Shown here one piece after another: positions 61,783 to 64,000 of a stretch of 64,000 nt of DNA. Numbering within the stretch: position 1 is the first letter of the stretch; each line of letters opens with the position of its first letter. The stretch comes from Candidatus Bathyarchaeota archaeon (GTDB lineage Archaea; Thermoproteota; Bathyarchaeia; Bathyarchaeales; Bathycorpusculaceae). The stretch covers positions 168,711 to 232,710 of the forward strand of contig JAGTQZ010000003.1 in the NCBI GenBank assembly GCA_018396705.1. Direction: 5' to 3'. The notes under the pieces were generated by a model. It had not been told where the DNA came from. It did no database searches and saw only the letters and a program-made list of their open reading frames with translations. Both the position numbers and the translations under genes were made by a program.

Positions 61783-63174
61783 TTAATGTTTTGAAATGTA
61801 TGTGTTTATTGATTGGGCTGCCCTTTTACCTGCTTCTATGGCTTTTATGACTGACGCGGCGCCGCTTACCACGTCGCCTCCTGCGAAAATTCCGTTTGCT
61901 GCCTCTAGGGTCTCTTGGTTGACTATTATTGTTTTGTTCTTTTCTGCAATTTTAATGCTTCGTGTGGTGTTTGCCGCTGCTATTGTGTTGGGTATGTGCT
62001 CCGTTGCAACAATGACTGTTTCTGCGCTGTATAGGAATTCTGAGCCTGATTCTGGAATTAGCTTTGGTTTACCTGTCCTGTCTGGTTGTCCCGGCTTTAA
62101 TTTTATGAGTTCGACGAGTTTTACCCATCGTTTCTCGTCGCCTATAAGCCTAATAGGCTTTGTTGATGGTTGCATTTTTACGCCTTCTTCTAACCCTCGC
62201 CTTACGTCGTCGGCTCTTCCCACAACTTTTCTTTGGTAGAATATGCAGGCTTCTTCAGCTCCAAGCCTGAGGGCGGACCTTGCAGCATCCATCCCTCTTG
62301 CACCCAGTATTGCAACTCTGCCTCGAACTTTTATTGGAGTTTTACTTTTGTGAGGGAATAGGCCTGCCTTCATGAGGTTTATTCTGAGAAGGAACTCGTT
62401 TAGGGAGTAGACACCGCATAGGTTCTCTCCCGGAATGCCTAAAAGCTTAGGTAAGCCTGCTCCAGTGCCTAGGAAAACAGCATTGAAGCCTTCGTCGAAG
62501 AGGTCGTCTATTGTCAGCGTTTTGCCCACAATAACGTTTGTTTTTATTTCAACCCCAAGCTTTTTAACATAATCAATTTCTTTTTTAACAACTTTCTTTG
62601 GAAGGCGAAACTCTGGTATGCCGTAGATTAAAACGCCGCCTGGTTCATGTAGTGCCTCAAAAACGACTACATGGTGTCCCCTTCTCGCCAATTCTGTCGC
62701 CACGCTTAAACCTGCCGGACCGCTTCCAACAACAGCCACGCTTTTCCCAGTTGACGGCGCTATTTCAGGAACAGTTGCTCCAGTTTCTAATTCCCAATCG
62801 GCAACAAACCTTTCAAGGGCTCCTATATTTATTGGATCGCCTATGGTATTTTTGCATCCCATGACACATAAGGCTTCTTGTGGGCATACCCTTCCGCATA
62901 CTGACGGCATACAGTTTTTCTGACGGATTTTTTCGGCGGCTTCCTCATAATCGCCTAACCTGACAAGTTTTATAAATTCAGGTATGTCAACGTGTAATGG
63001 ACACATTTCCACACATAGAGGGCGTGTGCATTGGAGGCATCTTGCCGCTTCGGCCAAGGCTTGCTCTTCAGAGTATCCCAAAGCTACCTCGTCAAAAGTT
63101 TTCAAACGTTCATCAATTGGAAGTTCTGGCATCCTAACTTGTTTTAGTCTAAATTCTAGCTTTTGCATCCACAT
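61783..63174 (-). CDS. nfnB: GltD-like NADPH-dependent FAD/Fe-S oxidoreductase, large subunit of an NfnAB/SudAB-type complex
   Basis: RCLQCTRPLCVEMCPLHVDIPEFI, VCGRVCPQEALC, VAVVGSGPAGLS. 463 aa. Overlaps the upstream PyrK-like subunit gene by 19 nt. Confidence 0.85.
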   Translation of the reverse strand: MWMQKLEFRLKQVRMPELPIDERLKTFDEVALGYSEEQALAEAARCLQCTRPLCVEMCPLHVDIPEFIKLVRLGDYEEAAEKIRQKNCMPSVCGRVCPQEALCVMGCKNTIGDPINIGALERFVADWELETGATVPEIAPSTGKSVAVVGSGPAGLSVATELARRGHHVVVFEALHEPGGVLIYGIPEFRLPKKVVKKEIDYVKKLGVEIKTNVIVGKTLTIDDLFDEGFNAVFLGTGAGLPKLLGIPGENLCGVYSLNEFLLRINLMKAGLFPHKSKTPIKVRGRVAILGARGMDAARSALRLGAEEACIFYQRKVVGRADDVRRGLEEGVKMQPSTKPIRLIGDEKRWVKLVELIKLKPGQPDRTGKPKLIPESGSEFLYSAETVIVATEHIPNTIAAANTTRSIKIAEKNKTIIVNQETLEAANGIFAGGDVVSGAASVIKAIEAGKRAAQSINTYISKH

Positions 63175-63995
63175 TCACCAGCGATTTTTAGGGCGACTCT
63201 TTCTTCCTCATCGTACATGTGGATTCTGGCTCTGAACTCCTCAAAGTCCACTAGATGAGCGTCAAAGTCCGGACCGTCGACACATGCAAACATAGGTTTA
63301 CCGCCAACTGTTACACGGCAGCAACCACACATGCCTGTCCCATCCACCATTAAGGAGTTGAGGCTGACAATTGTTTTAATTTTGTAGGGTTTGGTTGTTT
63401 CTGAAATTGACCTCATTAAAGTTGCCGCCCCAACAGCGTAAACTAAATCAAACCTCTCCCCAGACTCTAGAAGGGTTCTGAGAAAATCGTTGGCATACCC
63501 CTTCGCTCCTTCTGAGCCGTCGTCGGTAACTATGTAGAGTTTGTCGCATACCCCCCTAAGCTGATCCTTGAAGATTAACTGTTTAGCTGTTCTGGCACTG
63601 ATTATGGCTGTCACGTTATTGCCTGCCTCCTTCATTTTCTTAGCCCTCTCGTAAGCTGCTGCAATGGCAACTCCCCTACCGATTACACACACTTTGCTAT
63701 GGAGGGCAATTTCGCTTGGTTTTCCAAGCGGTCCCACCAGATCGTGGATAGCGTCCCCAACTTCCAGTTTTCCAAGCTCCTTTGTGGACGCCCCAACCTC
63801 CTTAAACACCAGGGTTATTGTGCCTTCTTTAGGATCCCAGTCTATTAGGGTTAAGGGGATTCTTTCGCCATCCTCATCCACCCTTAAAATTATGAACTGT
63901 CCTGATTTTGCCTTTTTCGCGATCGATGGCGCCCTTACTTTTATTAGCTTAACCTCTGGAGCCAACTCTTCCTTAAAGATTATTTCATTTGCCAT
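63156..63995 (-). CDS. nfnA: PyrK-like FAD/[2Fe-2S] electron-transfer subunit (NfnA/SudB type)
   Basis: 279 aa. A ferredoxin-reductase-type FAD/NAD fold (GQFIILRVDEDGERIPLT ... VIGRGVAIAA), then MVDGTGMCGCCRV...FACVDGP cluster ligands. Confidence 0.85.
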   Translation of the reverse strand: MANEIIFKEELAPEVKLIKVRAPSIAKKAKSGQFIILRVDEDGERIPLTLIDWDPKEGTITLVFKEVGASTKELGKLEVGDAIHDLVGPLGKPSEIALHSKVCVIGRGVAIAAAYERAKKMKEAGNNVTAIISARTAKQLIFKDQLRGVCDKLYIVTDDGSEGAKGYANDFLRTLLESGERFDLVYAVGAATLMRSISETTKPYKIKTIVSLNSLMVDGTGMCGCCRVTVGGKPMFACVDGPDFDAHLVDFEEFRARIHMYDEEERVALKIAGECGCKS

Positions 63996-64000
63996 GATTA

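Noticed and set aside
59017-64000. attR, a direct repeat of the tRNA-Ile 3' end that would delimit an integrated element
   Set aside because: Visual scanning found no match of 12 nt or more to ggttcaaatccggcccggccca downstream. The only similar string (tcaaatccggcg, about 46653..46664 inside deoC) is upstream and coding. A visual scan is not exhaustive, so a computed repeat search is still needed.
1-64000. CRISPR arrays, rRNA genes, IS elements or transposases, and toxin-antitoxin pairs
   Set aside because: No regularly spaced direct repeats, no rRNA-like conserved strings, no transposase-like ORFs and no small two-gene TA-like cassettes were recognised on reading through the window.

Overview
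Archaeal chromosomal segment. Markers are TFB, aSUI1, a Hel308-type helicase, class V FBP aldolase/phosphatase, ArgRS and five tRNA genes, one carrying an intron at a non-canonical position. GC is roughly 40-50% judged by eye. A TACK/Thermoproteota-like lineage such as Bathyarchaeia is my inference only. I call about 65 genes, mostly housekeeping, mixed with accessory blocks.

1. A ~12 kb glycan-biosynthesis island (4.3-16.3 kb). It holds a WecB epimerase, a short Ugd-like dehydrogenase, an LbH acetyltransferase, GT2 and GT4 transferases, a decayed GT2 relic, a Cys-less AsnB-like amidotransferase, a fused Alg14-Alg13 (Agl24/MurG-like) transferase and a Wzx-like flippase.
2. A tight iscS-iscU-sufS-orf92 operon.
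3. Two large secreted, sequon-rich surface proteins that share an IPE(F/R)+TM+basic C-terminal tail.
4. A 582-aa type I membrane protein whose ordered motifs and topology resemble eukaryotic ribophorin I/OST1. This is my top candidate. Together with the Alg13/14-like gene it suggests eukaryote-like N-glycosylation components.
5. A standalone SRA/YDG-like domain protein next to a radical SAM gene.
6. A KaiC-like ATPase paired with a compact primase-like (AEP) protein that carries a DxN variant of catalytic motif I.
7. A tyrosine integrase plus a small zinc-ribbon ORF next to tRNA-Ile, with no detectable second att site.

Four loci are interrupted by frameshifts or decay, and three of the breaks I could localise lie in homopolymer runs. 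Sequencing error must therefore be excluded before calling them pseudogenes. No CRISPR array or rRNA gene was seen. All family assignments come from reading motifs by eye and from memory; no searches were run.
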